NCBI GenBank assembly: GCA_011523765.1
Contig: WTGA01000133.1
Coordinates: 1-54,858, forward strand
Direction of reading: 5' to 3'
Source of the DNA: Gammaproteobacteria bacterium
GTDB lineage: Bacteria > Pseudomonadota > Gammaproteobacteria > Arenicellales > Poriferihabitantaceae
Length of the DNA: 54,858 nt
Shown: in pieces, positions 19,563 to 29,585 of the stretch
How positions within the stretch are numbered: position 1 is the stretch's first letter
Layout of the letters: every line of letters starts with the position of its first letter
Made by a program: the position numbers and the translations under genes
Notes under the pieces: generated by a model
Databases searched by the model: none
What the model was told of the DNA's origin: nothing
What the model saw: the letters and a program-made list of their open reading frames with translations, nothing else

Positions 19563-20462
19563 GTGACGAAACCCCACGAATTGACATTGTCGGATCATGG
19601 AAGTTCGGTTGCACAGTACTACAGCGATGCGACACCGGGCATCTATATCGGGGGATGGAACCCCGATCATATTCATTTTGGGCTGTTCGAGCCGGGTGAA
19701 TGCCCCGAAGTGGGCGAATCGCTTGCCGAATCGCCGGGGATTGCCCGGGCCGTCGAGCGGATGATCGACGTGATCGTCTCACCCGCCGAAATTCAGGCCA
19801 GTCATCGTGTCGTCGACGCGGGATGCGGGATTGGCGGCACCGCCATCCGTCTTGCACAAGCGCACGGTTGCGCCATCACGGGGATCAACATTTCCCGGCC
19901 GCAGCTGGAGATTGCCGGGAGAAAGGTACGTGAATCCGGCCTGGATGACCGGATCGAATTGGCTTACGCGGACTGCTCACAGCATCTGCCTTTCGCGGAT
20001 GACTCGGTCGATGTCGTCGTCAACATTGAAAGTGCCTGTCACTACAGTGACCGGGGCCAATTCTTACGGGAAGTTCGCAGAATCCTGAAGCCCGGCGGAC
20101 GGATCGTGGCAATGGACTGGTTGGTGTGCGATGGCCTGCAGCCCGGACAACACAAGAGATATATCGAACCGTTGTACAAGGCATGGACGATACGCAGCCT
20201 GGAGAGTCGGTCGACTTACACCGAACAGCTGCAAAATGCAGGCGTGAACGTCATTGAAGTGGAGGGATTCGATGGCAGGGATGCGGACAATCTTCGGTTC
20301 CTGGAATATGGGTACCAACTGCTGCTGACCCTCTGGTTCGGCGGCATGGAGACGGACGCGCACCGCACGTTGATGGAACAATTCCGGACGCTGTCCATGG
20401 CCTGGCGGAACGAATGTTTCGAGCTCGGCCGCTATGTCGCGGAGAAACCGGCAAGCGCGTAG
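19563..20462 (+). CDS. SAM-dependent methyltransferase (RebM/tocopherol/sterol MT-like superfamily)
   Basis: HIHFGLF, VVDAGCGIGG, GINIS, LPFADDSVD, ESACHY, RILKPGG. Confidence 0.88.
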   Translation: MTKPHELTLSDHGSSVAQYYSDATPGIYIGGWNPDHIHFGLFEPGECPEVGESLAESPGIARAVERMIDVIVSPAEIQASHRVVDAGCGIGGTAIRLAQAHGCAITGINISRPQLEIAGRKVRESGLDDRIELAYADCSQHLPFADDSVDVVVNIESACHYSDRGQFLREVRRILKPGGRIVAMDWLVCDGLQPGQHKRYIEPLYKAWTIRSLESRSTYTEQLQNAGVNVIEVEGFDGRDADNLRFLEYGYQLLLTLWFGGMETDAHRTLMEQFRTLSMAWRNECFELGRYVAEKPASA

Positions 20463-20522
20463 CCCGGGGCAGTTGTACCTGCTGCCGTAATGGAATACTT
20501 GCTTCCAGGGCCGGCACAAGGC

Positions 20523-21455
20523 CTACTGGGCATCCGGTTCAAAATAGTCTTCGTCGACCCGCTTGGTCTGGTACTGTTTCCGTATACGCACACCGATATC
20601 ATGCTCAACCATCCGGTGTGCCAGTTCGTTTCCGTCAATCAGGACGATGCGCTGCGGACTCCTTTCCACATAATCCCTTGCGGCAGGCGTGAAGCCGGAG
20701 GTGGTCACGAACACCCCCTTGTTCGTGCCGGCGGCAACCAGTGCCCCGGCGAAATTGCGCAGGGCCCCTGCACCCACTGTATTGCTATCCGCGTACTTTT
20801 TTGCCTGAATATAAATCTCATCAAGACCCAGGACATCTTCCTGAATGGTCCCATCGATTCCGCCATCCCCCGAACATCCGGTTACGCGGCCCCGTGTAGC
20901 ATCACCGCCGCCATAGCCCATCGCGATGAGCAGATCGACCACTACCTGTTCGAAAAACTCTGGTTGCGCCGCGCGAACCCGGTCCAGGACGTCCGCTTCC
21001 AGCGCTTCGCTCAATTCCCGGACTGCCTTCCCCAATGCTTCCTCCGGGGTGTCTGCAGATTCTGTGATCTGCTTGGTCGCATCAGCTACCTGCCCCGGTG
21101 GTGACTGCTTGCTCTTTGTTCTCCATTCGGCGAAACCAGAATACTCCTGGAGAAGTTGCGTATTGATCCGGGCGGGAGACCGCGACAGCAGTCTCCTGCC
21201 TTCTTCCGTCAATCGGTACACTCCACGCCGGACCCGCTCCAGCAGACCGGCACGCGCCATGTAGGTCATCGCCCAGTTCACACGGTTCGAGAGAACTGAC
21301 TGACTGCCGCTGGACAACATCTCCTGCCTATCCTCAAGCGTCAGATTTTCCGCTCTGGCCACACGCTCACGTATTGTTGGGAGCGGGGACTCCACCTCAT
21401 CAGCCAGTGCCTTGAGGGTGGGAAGCATCAGTGATTGAAAATCAGGAACCGGCAT
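20523..21455 (-). CDS. mrr: Mrr-like type IV restriction endonuclease
   Basis: Mrr_N (MPVPDFQSLMLP...NRVNWA) and Mrr_cat (DGGIDG, YIQAKKY, KGVFVTTS, LIDG). Confidence 0.93.
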   Translation of the reverse strand: MPVPDFQSLMLPTLKALADEVESPLPTIRERVARAENLTLEDRQEMLSSGSQSVLSNRVNWAMTYMARAGLLERVRRGVYRLTEEGRRLLSRSPARINTQLLQEYSGFAEWRTKSKQSPPGQVADATKQITESADTPEEALGKAVRELSEALEADVLDRVRAAQPEFFEQVVVDLLIAMGYGGGDATRGRVTGCSGDGGIDGTIQEDVLGLDEIYIQAKKYADSNTVGAGALRNFAGALVAAGTNKGVFVTTSGFTPAARDYVERSPQRIVLIDGNELAHRMVEHDIGVRIRKQYQTKRVDEDYFEPDAQ

Positions 21456-21643
21456 GGACTTTCCTCGTTGTGACAAAAGTTATTGTTCGCGATATTCTTC
21501 CATAAACCATGGAACAACGCCACTTCCGATGCTCTTGACACCTTCTGGCAAAGAGGTTTGACGCGTTGACATTCAACCGTGATAATCCAATCCGGATCGG
21601 GAATACCCGGTCTCCCCGCACAATGGCCAGCTGAAAGACACGA

Positions 21644-22933
21644 ATGAGTGCATCGCCCTCCAATCTCAGTACTGCGCTTCGGTCATCGTGGGCGTTGCTC
21701 CTGGGATTTGGAATACTGATGCTGGGAGACGGCCTGCAGGGAACCCTGTTGGCGGTTCGCGCGGACCAGGAAGGTTTCAGCGCAACCGTAACCGGCATGA
21801 TCATGTCCTCGTTTTACCTGGGTTTTCTCTGTGGTTCAATCCTGACCCCCCGAGTGATGACCCTGGTCGGACATATCCGGGTATTCGCCGCGTTGGCTGC
21901 CCTCGCTTCCGCCACCATTCTTGTCCATGCGGTATTCGTTGCCATTCCAGCCTGGATTGCATTGAGATTTTTAAGCGGCATCTGCTTTGCCGGACTCTAT
22001 GTTGTTGCGGAAAGCTGGCTCAATGATCGTGCAACCAACGAAACCCGGGGCAAGCTGCTATCCCTGTACATGGTGGTCACCTACATGGGGGTAGGGATCG
22101 GACAGCTGTTCCTGAATCTCGCCGACCCCAAGGGCTACCCGCTGTTTGTGCTGACCTCGGTCCTGATTTCCATTGCCGTGGTCCCGTTGCTGCTTTCCGC
22201 CAATGACGCCCCCGGGTTCGATGAATCCGTTCGCCTGAAGCTCGGGGAACTCTTCCGGATATCCCCACTGGGAATCATCTGCATGTTCATCGAAGGCCTG
22301 GTAACCGCCACTCTCTTTGCTCTGGGCCCCATTTACGGCCAGCGTCTCGGCCTGAATCTTGAGGAAATTTCCTACTTCATGGCTTCCGCCGTGGTAGGCA
22401 CCATCTTGCTGCAATGGCCGATCGGCGCATTGTCGGACCGGTTCGACCGTCGGCGGGTGCTGACCATTGTTGCCTTCCTGGCTTCCGCCGCCGCATACCT
22501 CTGCATCCGGGCAGAACATGAATCGACGATCGTGCTCTTCCTCTCCATTGGCATGTTTGCAGGATTGGCCCTGCCTCTTTACTCCGTCTGCATCGCCCAT
22601 ACCAACGATCACCTGGAACCGAAGCAGATGATTGCGGCCAGCGGGACCCTGGTCCTTGTGGGGGGGATCGGGGCAATCATCGGTCCCGTGGTGGTCGCTG
22701 TGCTGATGGATGTTTACGGGAATGACTTTTTTTTCTGGTGCATGGGCGGCGCACACTGCATTGCCGGACTGTTCGCGCTGTACAGAATGGCGAAACGCCC
22801 GTCGACTCCATTGGACAAACAGGGGAGATTCACCCCGGCCGCCATGCATCCCTCCAGTTCAGTCATCGAGTGCATGCAACAGCATGCCATGGAAGAATCC
22901 ACTGCCGAAGATCCTGCTGACAAGCAGGCGTGA
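21644..22933 (+). CDS. MFS transporter (YcaD-like)
   Basis: About 12 TM segments; VGHIRVFA, ESWLN...RGKLLSLY, QWPIGALSDRFDRR. Confidence 0.9.
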   Translation: MSASPSNLSTALRSSWALLLGFGILMLGDGLQGTLLAVRADQEGFSATVTGMIMSSFYLGFLCGSILTPRVMTLVGHIRVFAALAALASATILVHAVFVAIPAWIALRFLSGICFAGLYVVAESWLNDRATNETRGKLLSLYMVVTYMGVGIGQLFLNLADPKGYPLFVLTSVLISIAVVPLLLSANDAPGFDESVRLKLGELFRISPLGIICMFIEGLVTATLFALGPIYGQRLGLNLEEISYFMASAVVGTILLQWPIGALSDRFDRRRVLTIVAFLASAAAYLCIRAEHESTIVLFLSIGMFAGLALPLYSVCIAHTNDHLEPKQMIAASGTLVLVGGIGAIIGPVVVAVLMDVYGNDFFFWCMGGAHCIAGLFALYRMAKRPSTPLDKQGRFTPAAMHPSSSVIECMQQHAMEESTAEDPADKQA

Positions 22934-23330
22934 CCGGGTCCAGGATTCACGGAATGCCCATCCGTTCCGAAGCCCTTCCGGCCGGCCACAGACCGCCTGT
23001 GCCACGCCTCTTCGAAAACCGGAAATGATCGTGCTCATTGCCGGCTACCCGGTTCCGGTGACTCCCCGCACATCACCCGCAAAGCCATACCGTCTCCGCA
23101 CGACAGTCGTCACTGGAAGTACCGGGGGCCTTCATTGCGGTGTGGACCAGGTTTGCGGCCAATAAAATTAATGTTTTTGTTCGCGAACAATCACCGATGA
23201 AACCTGCAAGCCCCACAGAGGGAGAGACCAAAAAGAATGCATCGCTGTGCGCCGCGGGGAAGTCCGGTGGCCATGTGGAGAGTTGAAAAACCGACCGGAC
23301 CAGGCCCCTTCCGACCGACACCGGGGAGTG

Positions 23331-23361
23331 ATCAGGAACCCGGTTGCTCCGGGTTCCTGAT
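23331..23361. terminator. 13-bp perfect hairpin between convergent MFS and ABC operon
   Basis: ATCAGGAACCCGG-ttgct-CCGGGTTCCTGAT; only a short T tract follows. Confidence 0.55.
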
Positions 23362-23436
23362 TTCCCTGGGCTTTATCGACAAGAGAACGGGACCGGCTGA
23401 TTCGGGAAGCGGGCGAAACCGTTACACCTCGGGCGG

Positions 23437-25332
23437 TTATCCAGCGGAGGGCAGCTGTTTGTCCTCACCGATCCTTTCATAACCGTGCAGGATCTGCTGG
23501 GTTTCGGCTTCGGCGGCCTCCAGCTCCTCCACCGTGCGATGGCAGGCAATTTCATGTCCATCGTTCAATACCCGGATCGGGGGGCTTTCGGATTCACAGG
23601 TCCCGTCAATCCCCATCGGGCACCGGTTGAAGAAGGGGCATCCGACTTTGGTGATTTCAACCCCCTTGGCGATTCCGACCGCCATTTCCCGCTTGTTCAT
23701 CGTATCTTCCAGCCAGCCGATGCGCATCTCCGGCACGGAACTGATCAGTAACCGGGTATAGGGGTGAAACGGCGGAGTCAGTACTTCGTCCGTGGGGCCC
23801 TGTTCCACCACGCGGCCGGCATACAGCACGACAATCTCATCCGCAAAGGAAGCCACGGTGGACAGGTCATGGCTGATAAAGACAAACGACACGCCGGTCT
23901 TGTCCCGCAACGCAGTCAGCAACTTGATGACATTCGCGCCGACGATGGAATCCAGCGCCGAGGTGACCTCGTCGCACAGCATGACTTCCGGGTTCGCAGC
24001 CAGTGAACGGGCCATATTGATCCGCTGTTTTTGGCCACCGGAAAGTTCCATGGGATACCGGGTGGCAAATTCCGCCGGCAGTTCCACCATATCCAGGATC
24101 TCCACCACCTTCGCGTGTTTCTCCTTTCCCTTGTACCCGTGATAGAACTCCAGCGGCCGCCCGATGATGTCCCCAATGACCTGTTTCGGGTTCAATGCGG
24201 TATCCGCCATCTGGAAAACGAACTGGATCTTCTGGAGCTCCTCCAGATTGCGGTCGTGGAGGCTTCCCTCCAGATCATTCCCATCCAGCAACACATCGCC
24301 TCGTGCCTGGGGAAGCAACCCTGCCATGACCCGGGCAAGGGTGGATTTTCCGCATCCCGATTCCCCGATCACGCCGACCACATGGGCATTTTCAACTTTA
24401 ACGCTCACATCCCGGAGAATGGGCACCTTGGGCTCATTGTCAACGATTCCACCATAGCCTGCGGTCATGTCCTTGACTTCAATCGCGGGCACCTTGCGGT
24501 CATGTTCACTGCCAACCGCCGTACCCATCCCGGCGGTGGGTGTGGGACGGACCGCCGCCATCAGCCGTTTGGTGTAGGCGTGGGTGGGGTGGTTGATAAT
24601 CTGGTCGGCTGAACCCTGTTCCATGATCTCGCCGCCATACAGCACAACGATATGGTCCGCCACCTGGGCCACCACCGCCAGATCATGGGTGACATAGATG
24701 GCGGCAGAGTTTTCTTCCCGGATGACTTTCTTGAACGCCTTGAGCACCTCGATCTGGGTGGTCACATCCAGCGCAGTGGTGGGCTCGTCCAGCACCATAA
24801 GGTCCGGATTGCCACACAATGCCATGGCCGCCATGAGCCGCTGCAACTGACCGCCGGAGACCTGGTGGGGATAGCGGAACCCGATCCGGTCCGCATCCGG
24901 CAATTCCAGAGCATGATACAACTCCACAGCACGCTTCGTCGCCTCCTCCTGGGTCAGCACGCCATGCAGCACGGCCGATTCGGTTACCTGTTCACCAATG
25001 GTGATGGCCGGATTGAAGGTCGCCGCGGCACTTTGCGCGAGATACGCCACCCGGGCGCCGCGCAGCTCCCGCTGCTCGATGGGCGACATCGACAGGACGT
25101 CCTGCCCGTGCAGCAGCACTTCCCCGCCCGTGAAATGCAACCCGGGCTTGGTATATGCCAGCGACCCCAGGGAAATGGTGGTTTTCCCTGAACCGGATTC
25201 CCCGATCAGGGCAACGACTTCCCCCTTGTGAATGTCAAAGGTAACGCCCTTGACGATCCTGATCTCTTCCTTCTGTTCATTGTAGGCACTGATCCTGAGA
25301 TCTTTGATTTCAAATAATTTTTCTTTTTCCAT
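23437..25332 (-). CDS. ABC transporter ATP-binding protein, fused double NBD (peptide/opine/nickel family)
   Basis: Two Walker A motifs (GESGSGKT, GESGCGKS), signatures VSGGQ and LSGGQ, DEPTTALD, and C-terminal GCPF...C oligopeptide ABC domain. Confidence 0.95.
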   Translation of the reverse strand: MEKEKLFEIKDLRISAYNEQKEEIRIVKGVTFDIHKGEVVALIGESGSGKTTISLGSLAYTKPGLHFTGGEVLLHGQDVLSMSPIEQRELRGARVAYLAQSAAATFNPAITIGEQVTESAVLHGVLTQEEATKRAVELYHALELPDADRIGFRYPHQVSGGQLQRLMAAMALCGNPDLMVLDEPTTALDVTTQIEVLKAFKKVIREENSAAIYVTHDLAVVAQVADHIVVLYGGEIMEQGSADQIINHPTHAYTKRLMAAVRPTPTAGMGTAVGSEHDRKVPAIEVKDMTAGYGGIVDNEPKVPILRDVSVKVENAHVVGVIGESGCGKSTLARVMAGLLPQARGDVLLDGNDLEGSLHDRNLEELQKIQFVFQMADTALNPKQVIGDIIGRPLEFYHGYKGKEKHAKVVEILDMVELPAEFATRYPMELSGGQKQRINMARSLAANPEVMLCDEVTSALDSIVGANVIKLLTALRDKTGVSFVFISHDLSTVASFADEIVVLYAGRVVEQGPTDEVLTPPFHPYTRLLISSVPEMRIGWLEDTMNKREMAVGIAKGVEITKVGCPFFNRCPMGIDGTCESESPPIRVLNDGHEIACHRTVEELEAAEAETQQILHGYERIGEDKQLPSAG

Positions 25333-25336
25333 CGTT

Positions 25337-26245
25337 CTACACCATTTTCTTAGCTAGACTGCCGCCGGACTTCGCGGAGATATCATCAACAATCAGGTTG
25401 ATCGCGATGGTGAATGTTGCAATGGCAAATGCCGGCCAGATGGCCGCATAGGACCCGTAGGTCAGTCCCTGCAGGTTTTCCCGCACCATGCTTCCCCAGT
25501 CCGACGCGGGCGGCTGGACCCCAAGGCCCAGAAAGCTCAGGCTGGAAATGAACAGGACCACAAATACCAGGCGCAAGCCGAAATCGGTCGCCAACGGCAT
25601 GGCGGCGTTCGGCAGCACTTCCGCCCGGATGATCCACCAGACCCCCTCGCCCCGTGCCTTCGCCGCTTCGACAAAATCCTGCACCATGATGTCCTGGCCC
25701 AGGGCCCGCGCGATGCGAAAGACACTGGTGGCATAGATCACCGCCGCGGTTCCGACCAATATGGCGATGGACGACCCCAGCGCCGCAATCACGATCAGAC
25801 CCAGCATGATCGTCGGTAGCGCAAGGATCGCATCGTTGACCCGACTGATGCCCATGTCGATCCACCCTCCTTTCACCGCGGCCAGTATCCCCAGGGTGAT
25901 GCCCATCAGATAGGCCAGCAATGTCGAGGCGAGGGATATTCCGATGGTGTTTCTCGCACCATAAATGATCCGGGACAGGGTATCGCGCCCCAGGTAATCC
26001 GTGCCGAGATAGAAATTGTCATAGGCATCCAGGAAACTGTCATCGCCTTCCATATCCATTTCATGATAGGGCGCGATGGACGGGCCGATGATGCAAATGA
26101 CCAGCCAGAAAGCCACCACAGCCACCGAAATCTTCCCCACCCAGGAGAGTTTGATGCGGCGTTTGGGCGGCGCATCCGGCAACTCATCAAACGTATCGAG
26201 TTTGGCGATTACTTCTTCTTCTTTCGTTTTGTTTTCTTCAGTCAT
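25337..26245 (-). CDS. ABC transporter permease (DppC/OppC-like)
   Basis: LGTDYLGRD, FVEAAKARG (EAA loop), LSFLGLGVQPP..DWG. Confidence 0.95.
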   Translation of the reverse strand: MTEENKTKEEEVIAKLDTFDELPDAPPKRRIKLSWVGKISVAVVAFWLVICIIGPSIAPYHEMDMEGDDSFLDAYDNFYLGTDYLGRDTLSRIIYGARNTIGISLASTLLAYLMGITLGILAAVKGGWIDMGISRVNDAILALPTIMLGLIVIAALGSSIAILVGTAAVIYATSVFRIARALGQDIMVQDFVEAAKARGEGVWWIIRAEVLPNAAMPLATDFGLRLVFVVLFISSLSFLGLGVQPPASDWGSMVRENLQGLTYGSYAAIWPAFAIATFTIAINLIVDDISAKSGGSLAKKMV

Positions 26246-26262
26246 CAGTCTCTCCTCCCGAA

Positions 26263-27213
26263 TTATTTAGGTTGCCGGAGGCGTGGGTTCGAGAGTATCG
26301 AAGCAACATCGGCCAACAGAATCAGCAGCACATATGTGCCGCAGAAGATCATTGCGCAGGCCTGGACCAATGGAAGGTCGCGGGTCTGCACGCCGTCAAT
26401 CATCAATTTCGCCAATCCCGGATAGGCAAATATGGTTTCCACAATGACCACGCCACTGACCAGATACGCGAGGTTCAGCGCAATGACATTGACAATGGGG
26501 CCAATGGCGTTGAAAAAGGCATGACGAAGAATGATCCTTCTCCTTGGCACCCCTTTCAATATGGCCATTTCAATATAGGGTGAACTCATGACGTTGAGAA
26601 TGCCGGCCCGGGTCATCCGGATCATTTGTGCAGAGACCACAATGACCAGTGTCAGCAGCGGCATGGCCAGGGCTCTCAACAGTTCCGTAAAGGACTCGTT
26701 GCCGGTCAGGTAGGCCGTGGAAGGCAACCAGTGCAGTTCCACCGCTAGGATCAGCACCAGAATCGTCGCAATAAAGAATTCCGGCACCGAAATGGTGCAC
26801 ATCGTGCCGAAGGTGACGACACGGTCCAGCCAGGTACCCGGATGCATGGCCGCCCACAACCCGAGGGCAATGGAAATCGGAATCGAGATCAACGCGACCA
26901 GTCCGGCCATCACCATGGTATTACCCATGCGACCGCCGATCAGGCTGGCAATGGTTGCCCCGCCTGCCTTGGAGATCCCCAGGTCGCCGACGGCCATGTT
27001 GCCGAGCCAGGAAAAATACCGGACATAGCCGGGTTGATCCATGCCGAGTTCTGCACGCAATGCGGCCAGGGTTTCGGGAGTTGCACTCTGGCCGAGAATA
27101 ATTTGTGCAACATCACCGGGAAGGATACTGGTTGCCAGGAAAACGATTATGGAAACCACGATTAGCGTGGCAAACCCGATCGCGATCCGGCGTAAAACCA
27201 TTTGTGTCATCAT
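26263..27213 (-). CDS. ABC transporter permease (DppB/OppB-like)
   Basis: LPGD, GDLGIS, YIEMAILKG, VETIFAYPGL, RDLPLVQ, NPRLR. Confidence 0.95.
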   Translation of the reverse strand: MMTQMVLRRIAIGFATLIVVSIIVFLATSILPGDVAQIILGQSATPETLAALRAELGMDQPGYVRYFSWLGNMAVGDLGISKAGGATIASLIGGRMGNTMVMAGLVALISIPISIALGLWAAMHPGTWLDRVVTFGTMCTISVPEFFIATILVLILAVELHWLPSTAYLTGNESFTELLRALAMPLLTLVIVVSAQMIRMTRAGILNVMSSPYIEMAILKGVPRRRIILRHAFFNAIGPIVNVIALNLAYLVSGVVIVETIFAYPGLAKLMIDGVQTRDLPLVQACAMIFCGTYVLLILLADVASILSNPRLRQPK

Positions 27214-27290
27214 AAGCCAAGCCCTCTGGGATTGAGACGGTCTGCCATCTTCCCGCCCGCCGGGGGGCGGGAAACGGCAGGTGTTCGATT

Positions 27291-27335
27291 AAAAACAGAA
27301 AAATGGCCCGCATAAAGCCACTTCATGCGGGCCAT
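27291..27335 (-). terminator. Intrinsic terminator/stabilising hairpin after the binding-protein gene
   Basis: ATGGCCCGCAT...ATGCGGGCCAT 11-bp stem (27303-27335) followed on the minus strand by TTTTCTGTTTTT. A second GC hairpin lies at about 27242-27280. Confidence 0.65.
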
Positions 27336-27375
27336 CATCGGGAACGGACCTATCGGGGTCTATCCGTGTGCAGCG

Positions 27376-29007
27376 TTACGCCAACCAGATAAACTCAGGC
27401 CATTCACAGGCACCCAGCTGACCCAGCGGAACCGTGGGCATGTTCATCACATTGTCAGCGATACCATCGTTGATATTGGAGAATGCCGGAATCACCATTC
27501 CACTGCCTTCATGGATCAGGGTCTGCATTTCGCAATACATGGTGTGGCGCTTGTCCGGGTCGGTTTCCGCCAGGGACGCCGACAACAGTTCTCCCATCCG
27601 CTCATTGTTCCAGTAGGTATCGTTCCAGGCGGCACCGGGACCAAACTGGATGGCCATTTGGGAATTGGCGGTCGGACGCATGTTCCAGGTGACCACATTG
27701 AGCGGCTCATTCATCCAGATGGCTCCCCAATACCCGTCTGTCGGCACTTTCTTCAACTGGAGATCAAAGCCGATTTTGGCGCAGTTGGCCTGGGCAAGCA
27801 GGCAGACATCCTCGATTCCCGGTGTCACGGGTGCAACATACAGCTCCGCAGAACTGTATCCGGATTTTTCGAAATGGAACTTCGCCTGGTCCGGATCAAA
27901 CGGCCGTTGCGGCAGCTCATGGCAGAAATCCGGGCCGTGAGCCGACATGATCGGCGTGTCATTGCCGATGGACCCCTTGTTTTTCAGGACTCTCTTGACG
28001 ATTCGCTCCCGGTCCTGGATGTACTGCATCCCCTTGACAAAATCGTCATTGCTGCCGGGTTCGGCATTCTTCAGGCAGCAGATACCCAATTGCAACGCCG
28101 CCGGCGTTGAAAGCAGGGTCACACCGCTGGCTTCCTCAACCTGACGGAATGCTTTCGGATCAATGGAGGTAGCCAGCTGGACATCGCCGGCCAGCAAGGC
28201 GTTCACCCGCGCAACCGGGTCCGTGATCGCCGTGATTTCAACCGCATCCAGGTGAGCCCCTTCACGCCAGTAGTTTTCGTTGCGCTTATGGACTGATTTC
28301 ACGCCCGGCTCAAACGTTTCCAGGGTGAAAGGACCCGTGCCGATCCCGTCGCCCGTGGTCTCGTTCTTCACGATCTTGGTCTGGAACAGGCCGAGCAGGG
28401 TGGGCAGGTCCGAATTGGGTGTATTCATGATTGCCTTCACTTCATGGCTGCCCATCTTTTTCCATTCCTGCACGGAAGCGAGTACGGACTTGATGACAGA
28501 AGTGGACTCCTCGCCCAGATGACGGTTCATGCTGTAAATGATGTCATCGGCAGTCAGGGGGGTGCCGTCGTGGAATTCAACTCCCTGGCGAATCTTGAAC
28601 GTCCATTCGGTCGCATCGGCATTGGGCTCGAAGGTCTCCGCCAGTTCCGGTTGTGGCACGAGATCATTGGAATGCTGAATCATGCTGTTGTACGTCGCAC
28701 GGCCCCGGGTATAGTCAATGGTAGATGTAAACAGCGGCGGGTCCAGCTGATCGTCCGGGCCGTGCAGGTTGGATGCCATGCGGACAGAACCCCCTTTCTT
28801 TGGCGTCTGCGCCATGGCCGTTTGGCCCGTGGTGAAAATGTTCTGTGCAGCAGCCATGGTCACCCCGGTCGCCATCATGATTTTGAGCGCTTCCCGACGG
28901 GTGTACCCGCGCTTGATCGCTTTTTCGACCAGGGCTTTATCCCCTCCAGTTAACTCTGAAAATGAGATTTCACCCCGCACGGGTTTGTTCTTTGTTTCAT
29001 CTGTCAT
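27376..29007 (-). CDS. ABC transporter substrate-binding protein, family 5, with Tat signal
   Basis: TRREALK twin-arginine leader, PKKGG, PELAE, FHDGTPLTADD, IGTGPF, RNENYW. Confidence 0.93.
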   Translation of the reverse strand: MTDETKNKPVRGEISFSELTGGDKALVEKAIKRGYTRREALKIMMATGVTMAAAQNIFTTGQTAMAQTPKKGGSVRMASNLHGPDDQLDPPLFTSTIDYTRGRATYNSMIQHSNDLVPQPELAETFEPNADATEWTFKIRQGVEFHDGTPLTADDIIYSMNRHLGEESTSVIKSVLASVQEWKKMGSHEVKAIMNTPNSDLPTLLGLFQTKIVKNETTGDGIGTGPFTLETFEPGVKSVHKRNENYWREGAHLDAVEITAITDPVARVNALLAGDVQLATSIDPKAFRQVEEASGVTLLSTPAALQLGICCLKNAEPGSNDDFVKGMQYIQDRERIVKRVLKNKGSIGNDTPIMSAHGPDFCHELPQRPFDPDQAKFHFEKSGYSSAELYVAPVTPGIEDVCLLAQANCAKIGFDLQLKKVPTDGYWGAIWMNEPLNVVTWNMRPTANSQMAIQFGPGAAWNDTYWNNERMGELLSASLAETDPDKRHTMYCEMQTLIHEGSGMVIPAFSNINDGIADNVMNMPTVPLGQLGACEWPEFIWLA

Positions 29008-29226
29008 GTAAATTTCTCCAGATTGGTGTTTGTGTTTATTGGATACAACGGTAAAAGTCTGGATTCACCATGCCGCAGGGTGTCCCCGGATTCGTCAAAA
29101 CAATTTGAACCCAAACTATACCATATAATTTGACGATTGCACCCACAAGATTTTGCCTGTTGCGGCAAATCCGGCAATCCCCCCGGCCAAACCCTCCAGC
29201 CGGCAAGGAGAGATGCGGAAATTCCC

Positions 29227-29249
29227 TGCCCGGATGCGGCATCCGGGCA
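29227..29249. repeat. REP-like GC palindrome downstream of cobS
   Basis: TGCCCGGATGC-G-GCATCCGGGCA is a perfect inverted repeat; I saw only one copy. Confidence 0.5.
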
Positions 29250-29585
29250 ACGCAGGCCGGCTCTGCCCCATCCGGAAAGCTCCATTCCGGTCCGTTCACC
29301 ACACTATCGTTATTTTTTCCGCTTCCAGGACCGTGCCGGCAGAAAGCCGTGAAGGAAACCGGAATACTGCCGGGCGAATGTCCCGGACGGTCCAGGGCAC
29401 TTGGCTGTGCCATGCGGTCAAACCCGAAGGAGCGGGTGTCGTGCAGCGGACCGGGCCGGTCCACTCCCCTGCTGGAATCGCCACGTGCCGGCACCCAACG
29501 TCTTCCCGTCCCCCTGCCGGGAAGACCGCTTCCCATTCCCTGCCCGCACGCGGCACATGCCGTGTGCCGGTATCCGGGGTCCGGT

